64,000 nucleotides of DNA from a virus (taxonomy: Duplodnaviria > Caudoviricetes). Location: the IMG/VR virus record IMGVR_UViG_3300030433_001901, positions 39,767-103,766 of that record; one strand, given 5' to 3'. Below the pieces are notes generated by a model. The model made no database searches. It saw only the letters and a list, made by a program, of their open reading frames with translations, and was not told the origin of the DNA. Within the stretch, counting starts at the first letter, position 1. The number at the start of each line of letters is the position of its first letter. The translations under genes were made by a program, and so were the position numbers. Positions 29,792 to 39,341 of the stretch are shown piece by piece.

Positions 29792-30310
29792 TTACTCCTT
29801 CTTTGTTTTCTTGTAAGTGCCGTCGGCATTTCTTTCTCTATTTGTGCCTAATTTAATTGCTTTTTTTTCTGCGGCTTTGTGTTTTGGAGTTCCTTCTTCG
29901 GTATCAAGCCCCATCAAACCAAGATATTGTTGAACTTCGGGGTCTTTTTCTAATTCTTCCATTTGTTTCGCGAATGCTACCTCTTGTTTTTTAATTTCCA
30001 TATCCATTTGCGCTTGTGCAAATCGCATTTGTTGGCTTTGCATTTGTCGCGTCATGTTTCGTTGCATGTTTGAAATAATTGCGCGTTGGTCCATTCCGTC
30101 TTGAGCCAACATTTTGTAAATGAAGTAAGCCATTCCTTGCAATGTGAACGCTCCCATCATATATGTTATCGCGTTTGTGTGGGTTGAAGTGTCCTTCAAC
30201 CACAACCCCGCATCAAATACTGCGATAGCGCAACCTACAAGTATGCTTACAAATGAAATTAGCCCTAATACTCTTAACTCGTCTTTATTTTGTGGTGTTC
30301 GCTCTTGCAT
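29792..30310 (-). CDS. Two-TM membrane protein with coiled-coil tail
   Basis: Two hydrophobic helices then a Gln/Met-rich coil; ATG 30310 after GGAGG. Confidence 0.7.
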   Translation of the reverse strand: MQERTPQNKDELRVLGLISFVSILVGCAIAVFDAGLWLKDTSTHTNAITYMMGAFTLQGMAYFIYKMLAQDGMDQRAIISNMQRNMTRQMQSQQMRFAQAQMDMEIKKQEVAFAKQMEELEKDPEVQQYLGLMGLDTEEGTPKHKAAEKKAIKLGTNRERNADGTYKKTKKE

Positions 30311-30344
30311 AACAACCAACCTCCTTGCGTAGTGCGTGGCGCGA

Positions 30345-30440
30345 ACCATAAATAAGTCTATTGATTCACCTTTTTATCAATATTATAATATTATTATTAT
30401 AACAATATATTAATTATCATTCTAATAATAAAATGATATT
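30345..30440 (-). promoter_or_regulatory. AT-rich tract and probable promoter of the GTPase cassette
   Basis: About 70 nt of near-pure A/T, then TTATTTATG upstream of the GGAGG RBS. Confidence 0.45.
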
Positions 30441-33400
30441 ATTGAGAATTTTCGTCGCCACCTATTGTTCTCGGACCTACACCGTATTGGTAAAATTGTA
30501 ATGGCTGTTGCGGCGGTGGTGGGAAGAAGGGGTAAGGTGCAACTTGAGGTGCGGGTTGCACAGGAGGTGTCGCGGCCTGTCCCTCATTTACAGCATGTTC
30601 GTATTTGAGCATATCACTATGGTTTTGAAGTGATAATGTCGGGTGTGACAAGTATGATAACATAAATGATGTAGTAATTTGTTTTGCTAACTCCGGCGGT
30701 AAAGCATTATTAGCGTGTGCTTGTCTAAGTTCTTCGTAGTTAGCAAAACCATCTTCTTTATCCTCTTCGCCTTTAATTATGTTATTTATCTCATTACGAT
30801 GATGCCAATTTGGTGCTTCGTGATAATTACCAACCTTCTTCATGACATCATACATTTGTTGGTCTGCTGGTGTTATTAAAGAGTTTCTTGCTCGCGTAAG
30901 TATCGCTGATGCCATAGAAGGAACAAACTTGCTCTCTATCTCGCCGTCTTCATCTCTTTTTAATTCTTCATATCCAATAGGAAACTCGCCTTCGTCGCTA
31001 TGTTTTGCATTAGCCATCACGCTGTCTTTGAATTCCGACGGTTTAATTTCTTGAACTATATTACCTCTTCCACCAGTAATCTGTGCTGTTTTCTTTAAGT
31101 TAAATTTCTTCTCAAAGTGGCTATAATCATCATACCCAAGTAGTTTCGCGGCTTCATCATGCATTAGTTCATACAATGCGCTATCTTCACGCGTCAAGTC
31201 TTGGAAATTGTTTTGGTTGATACTTTGCGGTATCTTTGGAAATTCAAGAGGATTATTAATTTCACGCATAAATACATTCATTGCGCTCATTATAGCGTAT
31301 TTTTGCCACATTTCGCGTATAGCCATATTCAAACCCATCGTATATCTGCTATTCAACGGGCGTTGTTTTCCATCTGCGTTAGCCGATGTCAAAAGATTGT
31401 TGACTTTACTCTTGGTAATATCACTATCAGCAATTGCTTTCATAGTTTCATCACTATAAGTCAAATGATGGTCTTCCATTTCACCAACCATTTCTTTTTC
31501 ACCATAATTTCTAAGCAAATCGTTTAACGCAGAACTCGTCAAGTTTGTTGTCTTACGACGAGTCATAGGTCTTTTTATCTTATCAAATACATCTACTATA
31601 CTTTGCATCGCTTCGGGGCTATAATCATTGACTCTTTCGCGTCTTTTTATTACACCTTGCGCTTTTCTATTACCTGCAAATAATCTTTTCAAATCTTCGT
31701 CTGTTATATCGCTTGGTGCATGTGTCGCACCCGGCTCAAAGACACCTTCGCGGATTTCTTTCATAGTCAACATACGACCATGCGCGGGGTAAAGTGATTG
31801 AAAATCTCCAAATGTCATAGGTGAATTACCACCAAACACATCTGCGGCTGTTAAAGAAATGTTGCCTTTTTCATCAACAGGTAATCTTCTCCTTTGAGCG
31901 ATTAATTTATTTCTATCTTTTCTTTTCATCGCTTTTCCAGCCATAACATCGCTTAGGTCGTCAACAAAAGGTGCTTCCGCCATTTCTTGCAATTCATGTA
32001 TTTTCTCAAGCAAATGGTGTTCTGTGTTGCCATGAACATCACCATTGATAAACGCTGGGTGTGCTTTTATTTCATTAACTAAATCGTTAATTTGTTGTTT
32101 AACATCTATCGGCACTTGTTCGTAAATTTCTTCATCATCACTTGTTAGTCCTTTGAATTCACTTCGGAACTGCGGAGCATCACCTTGACCCGCTAACGCC
32201 ATTCTCGCTAATTTATTAATATGATTTTCAAGCATAAGTTTGTTGTGATTGTTTGTCGCGGTGTTATGAACAGTTGGTAATTTTATCTCCGGTTTAGGCT
32301 TTGTTGGTTGCGAAGTAAGTTTTTCCGCTAATCTCTTTTGTCGTATCTCTTCTGTTCTCGCAGGGTCAATTTGTTCCGTCGGCACACCTTGGAACTCCGG
32401 GGCATCTTCGTCAATTTCTATTTCCGGCAACTCTTTCTTCTTGCGCGCTTCGCGTAATTCTTCAAGTGTTCTAAATTTACCACTATCAGTAGCGTCCCCA
32501 TACATCTGCCATAGAGGTTTTGTTGGTGCTAACATACCCGCTGGCATTTCATGACCACCAATTGAGGCTTGCGCGCTTTGCAACATTATTGAGTTAAGGA
32601 AATCAAACTTCGCGTCAACAGCACCATTGTGTGTATAGTGGTGATTTTTACCATCTATCTTATTTCCTTCTTTGTCTGTATAACCTTCATACAAGTGGGC
32701 TTCATCATCGGGGTCGCGAATACCGCTACCACCACATTCGGAGCAGATACCATTACATAATTGTCCACCCCTAACATAATCCGCGCTATGATTACAAGAA
32801 GGACAAGCGAGTTGTTCATGCTCACCATCTTCCATATCATCAGCCATCGCGTGTCCCGCGAATGAAGCACTATTACGAGGTCGCAAATTATCCGCGATGT
32901 ATCTATCAAACCTCGGACTTCCCATTGGTTCATCTCTTAATTCCGGTATATGATGGCGCAAGTATGTTTTTGCTTCATCTCTTGTCACAAATCTATGTCC
33001 ATGACATGTTCCGCACAATGTCGGTGCGTGTTGTCGCCAGTTGCTTATCAATTGGTCTGCGCTGGCGAAATCACCACGCGCAATTGCTTCTTCTGCTTCT
33101 CTTGTGAAGTGTGAATTCAACTCTCTTCGCGCGGCTTCTTCTTCGGATAGCAACCCCAACTCATCTTCGTTTGAGTCGTGGTGATGATGTCTTAACTCCG
33201 ACATGTTGACATCGGCTAATTCTTCTAATGATAAATTAGCGATTGCTTCATTTATCGCTTCATCATCAAAACTATCATCTGCGTTTTCTGCGTCGTCCAT
33301 CATCGCGTTGGCTTGCGCAATTTGTTCTTCGCTAAGTGGGAATCCATTTTTCATACGATGAGCAATTAATTGCATCTCGGAACTAATACGCGGCATCGCT

Positions 33401-36400
33401 TTGTTGTTGATATTGAATCTTATACCTGTTCCAGCCATTTGACCCAATCTTCCATCTTTGTATTTAGACAAACTGTGCGTTTTATCATATCCTATGTTGC
33501 CATTCATGTCAGCAGTTATGATTGAGTCGTATTCACCCGAAGGGCTATCTGCGTATAATTTATTATAGACATTCTCAATAACTTCCCTTTCAGTCATTTT
33601 TTCGGGGTTTTTGACAAAATTTGCTAATTCTTCACCACCCATAATAAAAGCACCAAGCATAAGTTTATTTGCGCGCTCAATAGATTCGTTACTTTTGTCT
33701 TTATATCTATCTATTTTTTTCTTGGCTTTCTCAATTTTTTTATTAGCCTCTTTCATAATGGCTAACATATTACCGTGTTCTTTTTTTATTTTTTGACCCA
33801 TATCTTTGATGATTGCTATTTGCGCTGGTTCACCGAATTTTCCGCGTCTTTCGCGCTCAATACCATCTTCGTCTTTATATTTTACCATCTTGGTTTCAGC
33901 CAACAAATTTTCATAGTTCGCTTGTTCTTTCAAATAGCGCGCATATTGCTTCTTGTATGTTGCTTTTTCAATTTCATTTCGCTTGATAACACTTTCTTGT
34001 TTCTCTATACCGCTTAATGGTTGTGAAATCATATCTTTTAATGTATCGCGTCTATACGAGTCTTGTGCTAATGCTCCCGCTTTTATTTTTTTACCATAAG
34101 CACCTTCGGTCAACTCCCTCATGAATGATAGCGCATCTTCTATTGCATTGTAGCGAGTCGCTAATAAATTCCTACTTCTTACCTTCTCATAGTGTTTATC
34201 AGTAGCGTCGTCATTGTTTAAGAAAAATGACGCGGCTGTTAATTCTTTATTGGACATACCTGCTGGCCCTGTCGCTAATGGATTTTCAAGAGTTTTACTT
34301 AGTCCAAATTTTTTGTAAATGTTAGCCGCGCGTGGGTTTCCTGTAATCACAGCATCTTTGATTTCACGCTTCATGCGCTTTTGTATATCTTTCGCCCATG
34401 CTCTAACTCGCTTTTCTTCACGCGCTGTTTTTTCTTGGTCTAACAAATCATCAATGTCATACTTATTAGGGAATATGTGATTTGCGATGGCGGCTAATGA
34501 AGGACTACCTTTGGGTGCTACCGCAGGTAAAAAACCACTTTTGTTACCTTTGCTGTATCCTGTCAATGACGGCACTACTACTGATTTATGAGCGAATGGA
34601 CTTTTGATACTTCTTATTCTTCCTCTTGAAGTCGGTATTCTTGGTCCACGCGCATACGCTTCTTTCGCAGTTCTATTACCAAATCTGTCGGGGTGGCAAG
34701 CAAGACATTCTTCTTTATCATGAACAACATCTTCGGCGTGTTCATGGTTGGGGTCAAACCATGCATCGGACTCTTCTGTTTTCTTAGATTTAGTTTTAGC
34801 ATATTCTTCTTTCATAATTTGTCGCGCTTCGTGGTTTTTACGGAATTTTTCTTTCTGCTCCATTAACGGTGCATGATATTCTTCATCTAAAGCGCGCCTA
34901 TATCCAACATCTTTTAGGTAGTTCAACAAACGCTTTATTGGGTATGTATTTAGGGTGCCGTCTTTCATTTGTGATGCTAATAGAGATGTAAATGCATCAT
35001 TGTAGCCTGTTGTAGTCATATCTGCGTTTGCATATTTTATCGCGGCGTTAATAATATCAATAGGGTTTAATCCTAAATTATTCAGCATTTTTTGTTGATA
35101 ACTCATTGTTGATGTCAACCTTGGTATATACGCTGATAATTTACCATTCATCAAATCATCTAATGTTTTATAACGCGCATTTTCTTCTTTAGTGCGTTCT
35201 TCTTTGGGTTTGCCAAATGCAACAATATTATCCGCGTCTAATTTTAAAGCGGCTATTTTATCATCAATGTCTTGCTTTGTTAGTGGCTGTGGCTTTTTGT
35301 TTTTTCCTTTCTTTACCATCTTACCTTCGCTATGTTTGTATGCTTCATATCTCAAATCTCGGATTATACGACCCATACCAATTAGACCATCAACAAATGT
35401 ATCTGTTGAAGCAATCAAATCATCTTCGTTTTTACCATGCAATGGGTGGTTAACATCAAAATCATCACCAGTTAAACCTCCTAATTTAGCATCGGGGTCT
35501 AATAGATGTCGTCCGTCTAAATCCATCGCCATTATTTGCATTTTGTAATCATAATCGTCAATATCACCTATGTTCAATTGTCGCTCTAATTGCTGTATTT
35601 TTTGCGAAGGAGTCAATTTTCTTTTACCGCGCAAGACTTTTATTTCATCTTCGGGTGTCATCAACGCTGATTCGGTTTCAGCACCACCTTTCTCACTTCT
35701 GCGTGCTTCTTTAGCGCGTGTTTCTTTTTCTTCTTGGTCGCCACCAATAAAACCGGGGTCAACAACTTGAACATTCGGGTCGCCATACAAAGTGCTTAAC
35801 AAACCTTCTTCGCCCATCGCAGTCAACAATGTTGGGTGAAAACCTTGGTTAGATGTTTCATCGGACAATTGTTCTGTTATTTCTTCTCTAAGATTCATAC
35901 TGAAAGGGTCAGCCTCTTCCCTCCACCTCTTACCGATGAAATCCGGTATGTTTGGTGCTTGCATACCAATACCAAGACTTCTGCCTAATTCATTCATTGA
36001 TGGAGTAATCGCGTCGGGTGTTCGCCCTACTTCTATTTCAGCACCGAATTTACCTGCGCGCCCCGATGTTCCGAACGCTTTGTTGCCTGTTAATGAAATC
36101 ATAAAGTTGTTGAAATCATCTTGTATTTTAGCAAAAGCGGCCTTTTTATCAAGATTAAATTCTCGCATCAAATCTTTGTGTTTTGTTTCTAAAGCCCTCG
36201 TTTCTTGTGTTTGTGGCCTTCTTACCGACACACTTGCTGGGGCTTTTGGCCCACGGTCAATATCAGTCTGTGAAAAGAATTTGTCGTAGTAATCTTCTGC
36301 GGCGCGTTGTTGTTTTTCACCACCGTATTTGAATCTCTTATCGTCTTTGAACTCCATGTTTTCTTTTTGTTCTTGCACCAATCGGTTCATCTCATCTTCA

Positions 36401-37050
36401 AAAGATGTATCAGTCATAGGACCTGCGACTCTTACTCGCGATTGTGGCTTTCGTCTTTTGATATTAGGTTGAATTTGACTTCCGGCTAATTTAGCGTCTG
36501 CTGTAATCGTAGGTGCTATTGGGTGCATGTATTTCTCAAATAAGTTATGAATCCCCTTAATTTCATTCTCTTGCGCAAATCGTTTTTTATTGTATGGTTC
36601 GGCGATAAATGCCGATATGTCGGGTCGTATGCCACCCATACCAGCCATAGCATCTTCCAACGACCCATTTATCTCTTCGTCTTTATCGCGCGCTTCCTGT
36701 AATTCGGGGTGTTTAGCAATCAATTGCTTTAGGTGCAACATAACTGGCGCGTTAATGAGAGGTTCTTCGCCTAAACTCATATTGTCATCTTCGCGCTCAT
36801 CGTGAATACTTCTTGGAGTATCTTTTTCTGTTAAGCCGCTATAACCCAACGCATTAGCGAGTAAATGGTTGTTCGCGTATATTATAGCATCAAAGAATGA
36901 AAAAATACCAAATTTGTTGTCTTTATCTAAGTATTTTTTCTCGGCCTCGTTCATGTATTTTTGCAACGCGTCAAAGCCTTTTTGGGTTGGTCCGCCCTTC
37001 TTTTCACCCTTCTTTTCATCGGACTTGATGATGCGGACAAAAGAACCCAT
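30439..37050 (-). CDS. 2203-aa protein with DnaJ-type Zn-finger repeats; putative internal virion protein
   Basis: Begins MGSFVRIIK/S; CLACH, CGTCHG, CPSC and CSECGGSG; Pro-rich C-terminus. Confidence 0.65.
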   Translation of the reverse strand: MGSFVRIIKSDEKKGEKKGGPTQKGFDALQKYMNEAEKKYLDKDNKFGIFSFFDAIIYANNHLLANALGYSGLTEKDTPRSIHDEREDDNMSLGEEPLINAPVMLHLKQLIAKHPELQEARDKDEEINGSLEDAMAGMGGIRPDISAFIAEPYNKKRFAQENEIKGIHNLFEKYMHPIAPTITADAKLAGSQIQPNIKRRKPQSRVRVAGPMTDTSFEDEMNRLVQEQKENMEFKDDKRFKYGGEKQQRAAEDYYDKFFSQTDIDRGPKAPASVSVRRPQTQETRALETKHKDLMREFNLDKKAAFAKIQDDFNNFMISLTGNKAFGTSGRAGKFGAEIEVGRTPDAITPSMNELGRSLGIGMQAPNIPDFIGKRWREEADPFSMNLREEITEQLSDETSNQGFHPTLLTAMGEEGLLSTLYGDPNVQVVDPGFIGGDQEEKETRAKEARRSEKGGAETESALMTPEDEIKVLRGKRKLTPSQKIQQLERQLNIGDIDDYDYKMQIMAMDLDGRHLLDPDAKLGGLTGDDFDVNHPLHGKNEDDLIASTDTFVDGLIGMGRIIRDLRYEAYKHSEGKMVKKGKNKKPQPLTKQDIDDKIAALKLDADNIVAFGKPKEERTKEENARYKTLDDLMNGKLSAYIPRLTSTMSYQQKMLNNLGLNPIDIINAAIKYANADMTTTGYNDAFTSLLASQMKDGTLNTYPIKRLLNYLKDVGYRRALDEEYHAPLMEQKEKFRKNHEARQIMKEEYAKTKSKKTEESDAWFDPNHEHAEDVVHDKEECLACHPDRFGNRTAKEAYARGPRIPTSRGRIRSIKSPFAHKSVVVPSLTGYSKGNKSGFLPAVAPKGSPSLAAIANHIFPNKYDIDDLLDQEKTAREEKRVRAWAKDIQKRMKREIKDAVITGNPRAANIYKKFGLSKTLENPLATGPAGMSNKELTAASFFLNNDDATDKHYEKVRSRNLLATRYNAIEDALSFMRELTEGAYGKKIKAGALAQDSYRRDTLKDMISQPLSGIEKQESVIKRNEIEKATYKKQYARYLKEQANYENLLAETKMVKYKDEDGIERERRGKFGEPAQIAIIKDMGQKIKKEHGNMLAIMKEANKKIEKAKKKIDRYKDKSNESIERANKLMLGAFIMGGEELANFVKNPEKMTEREVIENVYNKLYADSPSGEYDSIITADMNGNIGYDKTHSLSKYKDGRLGQMAGTGIRFNINNKAMPRISSEMQLIAHRMKNGFPLSEEQIAQANAMMDDAENADDSFDDEAINEAIANLSLEELADVNMSELRHHHHDSNEDELGLLSEEEAARRELNSHFTREAEEAIARGDFASADQLISNWRQHAPTLCGTCHGHRFVTRDEAKTYLRHHIPELRDEPMGSPRFDRYIADNLRPRNSASFAGHAMADDMEDGEHEQLACPSCNHSADYVRGGQLCNGICSECGGSGIRDPDDEAHLYEGYTDKEGNKIDGKNHHYTHNGAVDAKFDFLNSIMLQSAQASIGGHEMPAGMLAPTKPLWQMYGDATDSGKFRTLEELREARKKKELPEIEIDEDAPEFQGVPTEQIDPARTEEIRQKRLAEKLTSQPTKPKPEIKLPTVHNTATNNHNKLMLENHINKLARMALAGQGDAPQFRSEFKGLTSDDEEIYEQVPIDVKQQINDLVNEIKAHPAFINGDVHGNTEHHLLEKIHELQEMAEAPFVDDLSDVMAGKAMKRKDRNKLIAQRRRLPVDEKGNISLTAADVFGGNSPMTFGDFQSLYPAHGRMLTMKEIREGVFEPGATHAPSDITDEDLKRLFAGNRKAQGVIKRRERVNDYSPEAMQSIVDVFDKIKRPMTRRKTTNLTSSALNDLLRNYGEKEMVGEMEDHHLTYSDETMKAIADSDITKSKVNNLLTSANADGKQRPLNSRYTMGLNMAIREMWQKYAIMSAMNVFMREINNPLEFPKIPQSINQNNFQDLTREDSALYELMHDEAAKLLGYDDYSHFEKKFNLKKTAQITGGRGNIVQEIKPSEFKDSVMANAKHSDEGEFPIGYEELKRDEDGEIESKFVPSMASAILTRARNSLITPADQQMYDVMKKVGNYHEAPNWHHRNEINNIIKGEEDKEDGFANYEELRQAHANNALPPELAKQITTSFMLSYLSHPTLSLQNHSDMLKYEHAVNEGQAATPPVQPAPQVAPYPFFPPPPQQPLQFYQYGVGPRTIGGDENSQ

Positions 37051-37510
37051 TGTTGTATCGGATAACGACCATGCCCTTGAATATAGCGGTTGATGAAAAT
37101 TTTTGCTGGATTTTTTTTGACCCCCACGAAAAAAATATCTGTATTTCGCACGCGGTTAAGGAGGGCAAATTGGTCGCGCGCGAGCGCGACTCCGGCTAAG
37201 CAATTTGCGCCGCGAAGCGCGAGAGCCTCGCGCTACACCTATTATCACGCGCATATCGCACATTTCGCGATAAAACAGGGGCGCGATACAGCGTTTAGCG
37301 CAATTACCGCGAGGGGGTTTCCGGCGCGAGTCCCTCGCGCCTCCAACCATACGGTTGTCGCGCGGTCTTGCCTTCCCTTTCCGAGCAAGTCCGCGACAGA
37401 CCGACAACCCGATTTTTGGCTGACCCCTTATAAGGGGCGCGTTAAACCATACTGAAAAAGCACTTCCCTTGATAACAGCAAAGAGGGAAGATAATAGAAA
37501 GGTGAAAAAA
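37051..37510. other. Divergent intergenic control region (candidate origin or packaging site)
   Basis: Strand switch; A/T tracts around GACCCCC; dense CGCG; short inverted repeats. Confidence 0.5.
37424..37448 (+). promoter_or_regulatory. Palindromic TATA promoter, copy 1
   Basis: CCCCTTATAAGGGG palindrome plus CGCGTTAAACC; 23/24 identical to 58686-58709. Confidence 0.7.
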
Positions 37511-38593
37511 ATGGAAAACGAAAAGCAATGGTGTAAGGTAATGCTTACATCTTATGAAAAGAAAGATGATGAATGGTTCTCTCAAAGAGATACTAACATT
37601 AAGACCGCTAAAAATGAAGGCGGTAAGAAAACAGAAAACAACGCTACTGTAATGGTGCGTTTAGCCAAAAGAATGAACATAACAGGGCATAGTATTGTTG
37701 ACAATTACTATAACTCATCAAGTGGAGTTAATGTTAACAATCAACTTAACCAACTCAAGGAATTGAGAAAAGCGGTAATGAGAGTTCACTATGCTAACTG
37801 CAACAAAGACATGATTGTATTGGCCGGAATGATTGCTGAGCATCTATCAACTATGACAGCAACTACCAAACCTGCTGAAACTGATGATGAATTCAGTTTT
37901 AATACAGCGCAAGATGGCGTTTTGTCTGGGTTGACTGATGATGCACCAAAAGCAACAGCCACCGAAACTGATGGCTATTTACTTGATGAGTTTGATATTA
38001 ACTTCATCAATGAGAATGTTGACAGTGCTATGATTCAAGAAACAATCGGCAAACTATTCAGCACTAATGCAAACGGTAAGTTCTATCAATACGGTAGCAA
38101 ATCAATCAAGACAACTGACAGACCGGAATGGATTGAGAAAGGTGTTAAGGCTGGCAATGGTAATGTTATCTTCAACGGATTGTTTAGACAACCAATGGCC
38201 GACTTACTTCAAGTTAGAGCGAAGGCTCAATCAACATTGGCTAAGACTGAACAGAATCCTAAAGCACAATTCAAGCATTGGTTCACTGAATTAGTAGCCA
38301 ACAAAACTGCTGAAGTCAAAGCAACTATCATGAAGGTCGTATCTTATGTAATGCATCACAGTGGCCGCAACTTTTGGGCTAAGAGAATTGCTTGGGCAGT
38401 TAGTCCGGCGTTTGTTGAATCATTCAAGGAATACATTGGCTTCAATCAAGAAGTAGCAGACAGTCCTGTAATGGGTGGAACTGCGAAAGATTGGAACTGG
38501 CCGTATGAAGCAAATGATTGGGAGGCATCAGCCGCTGAATCAGTTGACTTGTCTGCTATGGGTCTTGACCTTAACGACTTGAAGAAACTTTGA
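37511..38593 (+). CDS. First early protein, function unknown
   Basis: ATG 37511 after GGTGA; own promoter and terminator; contains ETDDEFSFN. Confidence 0.7.
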   Translation: MENEKQWCKVMLTSYEKKDDEWFSQRDTNIKTAKNEGGKKTENNATVMVRLAKRMNITGHSIVDNYYNSSSGVNVNNQLNQLKELRKAVMRVHYANCNKDMIVLAGMIAEHLSTMTATTKPAETDDEFSFNTAQDGVLSGLTDDAPKATATETDGYLLDEFDINFINENVDSAMIQETIGKLFSTNANGKFYQYGSKSIKTTDRPEWIEKGVKAGNGNVIFNGLFRQPMADLLQVRAKAQSTLAKTEQNPKAQFKHWFTELVANKTAEVKATIMKVVSYVMHHSGRNFWAKRIAWAVSPAFVESFKEYIGFNQEVADSPVMGGTAKDWNWPYEANDWEASAAESVDLSAMGLDLNDLKKL

Positions 38594-38614
38594 TTAGTTA
38601 AGTAGTCAATCCAA

Positions 38615-38645
38615 ACCCGTTTTATGGAGTCCGAAAACCATAACC
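38615..38645 (+). repeat. 31-nt 3'-UTR motif, copy 1
   Basis: ACCCGTTTTATGGAGTCCGAAAACCATAACC; 28/31 identical to 46540-46570. Confidence 0.8.
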
Positions 38646-38655
38646 AATTCTTATT

Positions 38656-38703
38656 AGGGCGTGATACATAGTCGGGTTGGCTATGTATCACGCCCTTTTT
38701 TTT
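38656..38703 (+). terminator. Hairpin plus U-tract terminator
   Basis: 16-bp perfect stem AGGGCGTGATACATAG/CTATGTATCACGCCCT followed by a T run. Confidence 0.8.
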
Positions 38704-39080
38704 ATGCCTCATAACTGCAATGACCCTCATTACAGTTATTCTCTTTGGCATAAAGACAAGGACATGATACTCCGCCAACCATACGGTTGAGGATTACTGT
38801 CTTGCGCTAAAATAACTTGGCGTTGTTGTCAAGCATGCACGATTCTTGATGCTCTTGACATATTACCTGTTGCTATTGAAGCAACGATTCACATTCACCC
38901 TTTCAGTATTGATACTACCACTACGCATGTGTAGTTTCAAATCATACTGATAGTTTAACTCCGCGCTAATCTAACATTTAACACGAAGGATTATCGCGAT
39001 TATCATATTCTTATTATAATAATAATTAACTTATTATTATAATAATAAAACAATAATAACAATAAAAGGAAGGAACAAAA

Positions 39081-39341
39081 ATGAAGAACGAACAATTGAA
39101 TAAGATACTGAAAGATATACTAAGCGAGTTTGGCTTTGAGCCTAACGCTTTTGCTATGGGTATGCTTGATGGTGAAAGCCACAGACGCGCTAAGATACAA
39201 ATGCTTGGTCGCATCACTAATCATATCAAAAGCATCGCTGACTATGATTACCAAATGTTTTGTATAATTAGAGATGATATTGAAATGGCATACGATGAAA
39301 TGATAAGGAAAAAAGAGGTTGAAGATAATGATAGAAGTTGA
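39081..39341 (+). CDS. Hypothetical protein
   Basis: 86 aa after an AT-rich tract and an AGGA RBS. Confidence 0.6.
   Translation: MKNEQLNKILKDILSEFGFEPNAFAMGMLDGESHRRAKIQMLGRITNHIKSIADYDYQMFCIIRDDIEMAYDEMIRKKEVEDNDRS

Noticed and set aside
226-36805. Plus-strand ORFs opposite late genes (and minus-strand ORFs opposite early genes)
   Set aside because: Antisense shadows of real genes without RBS or motifs; only 26863-27171 was kept.
8102-37050. Virion RNA polymerase in either giant protein
   Set aside because: No DxDGD or single-subunit RNAP motif was recognised; ADMNGN in the 2203-aa protein lacks the catalytic aspartates.
37090-37455. ORFs 37090-37455 (+), 37156-37407 (-) and 36951-37151 (-)
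   Set aside because: Arg/Ala-rich by-products of the GC-rich control region, with no RBS and atypical composition.
38615-38645. Hammerhead ribozyme (CGAAA core)
   Set aside because: No CUGANGA element near either copy.
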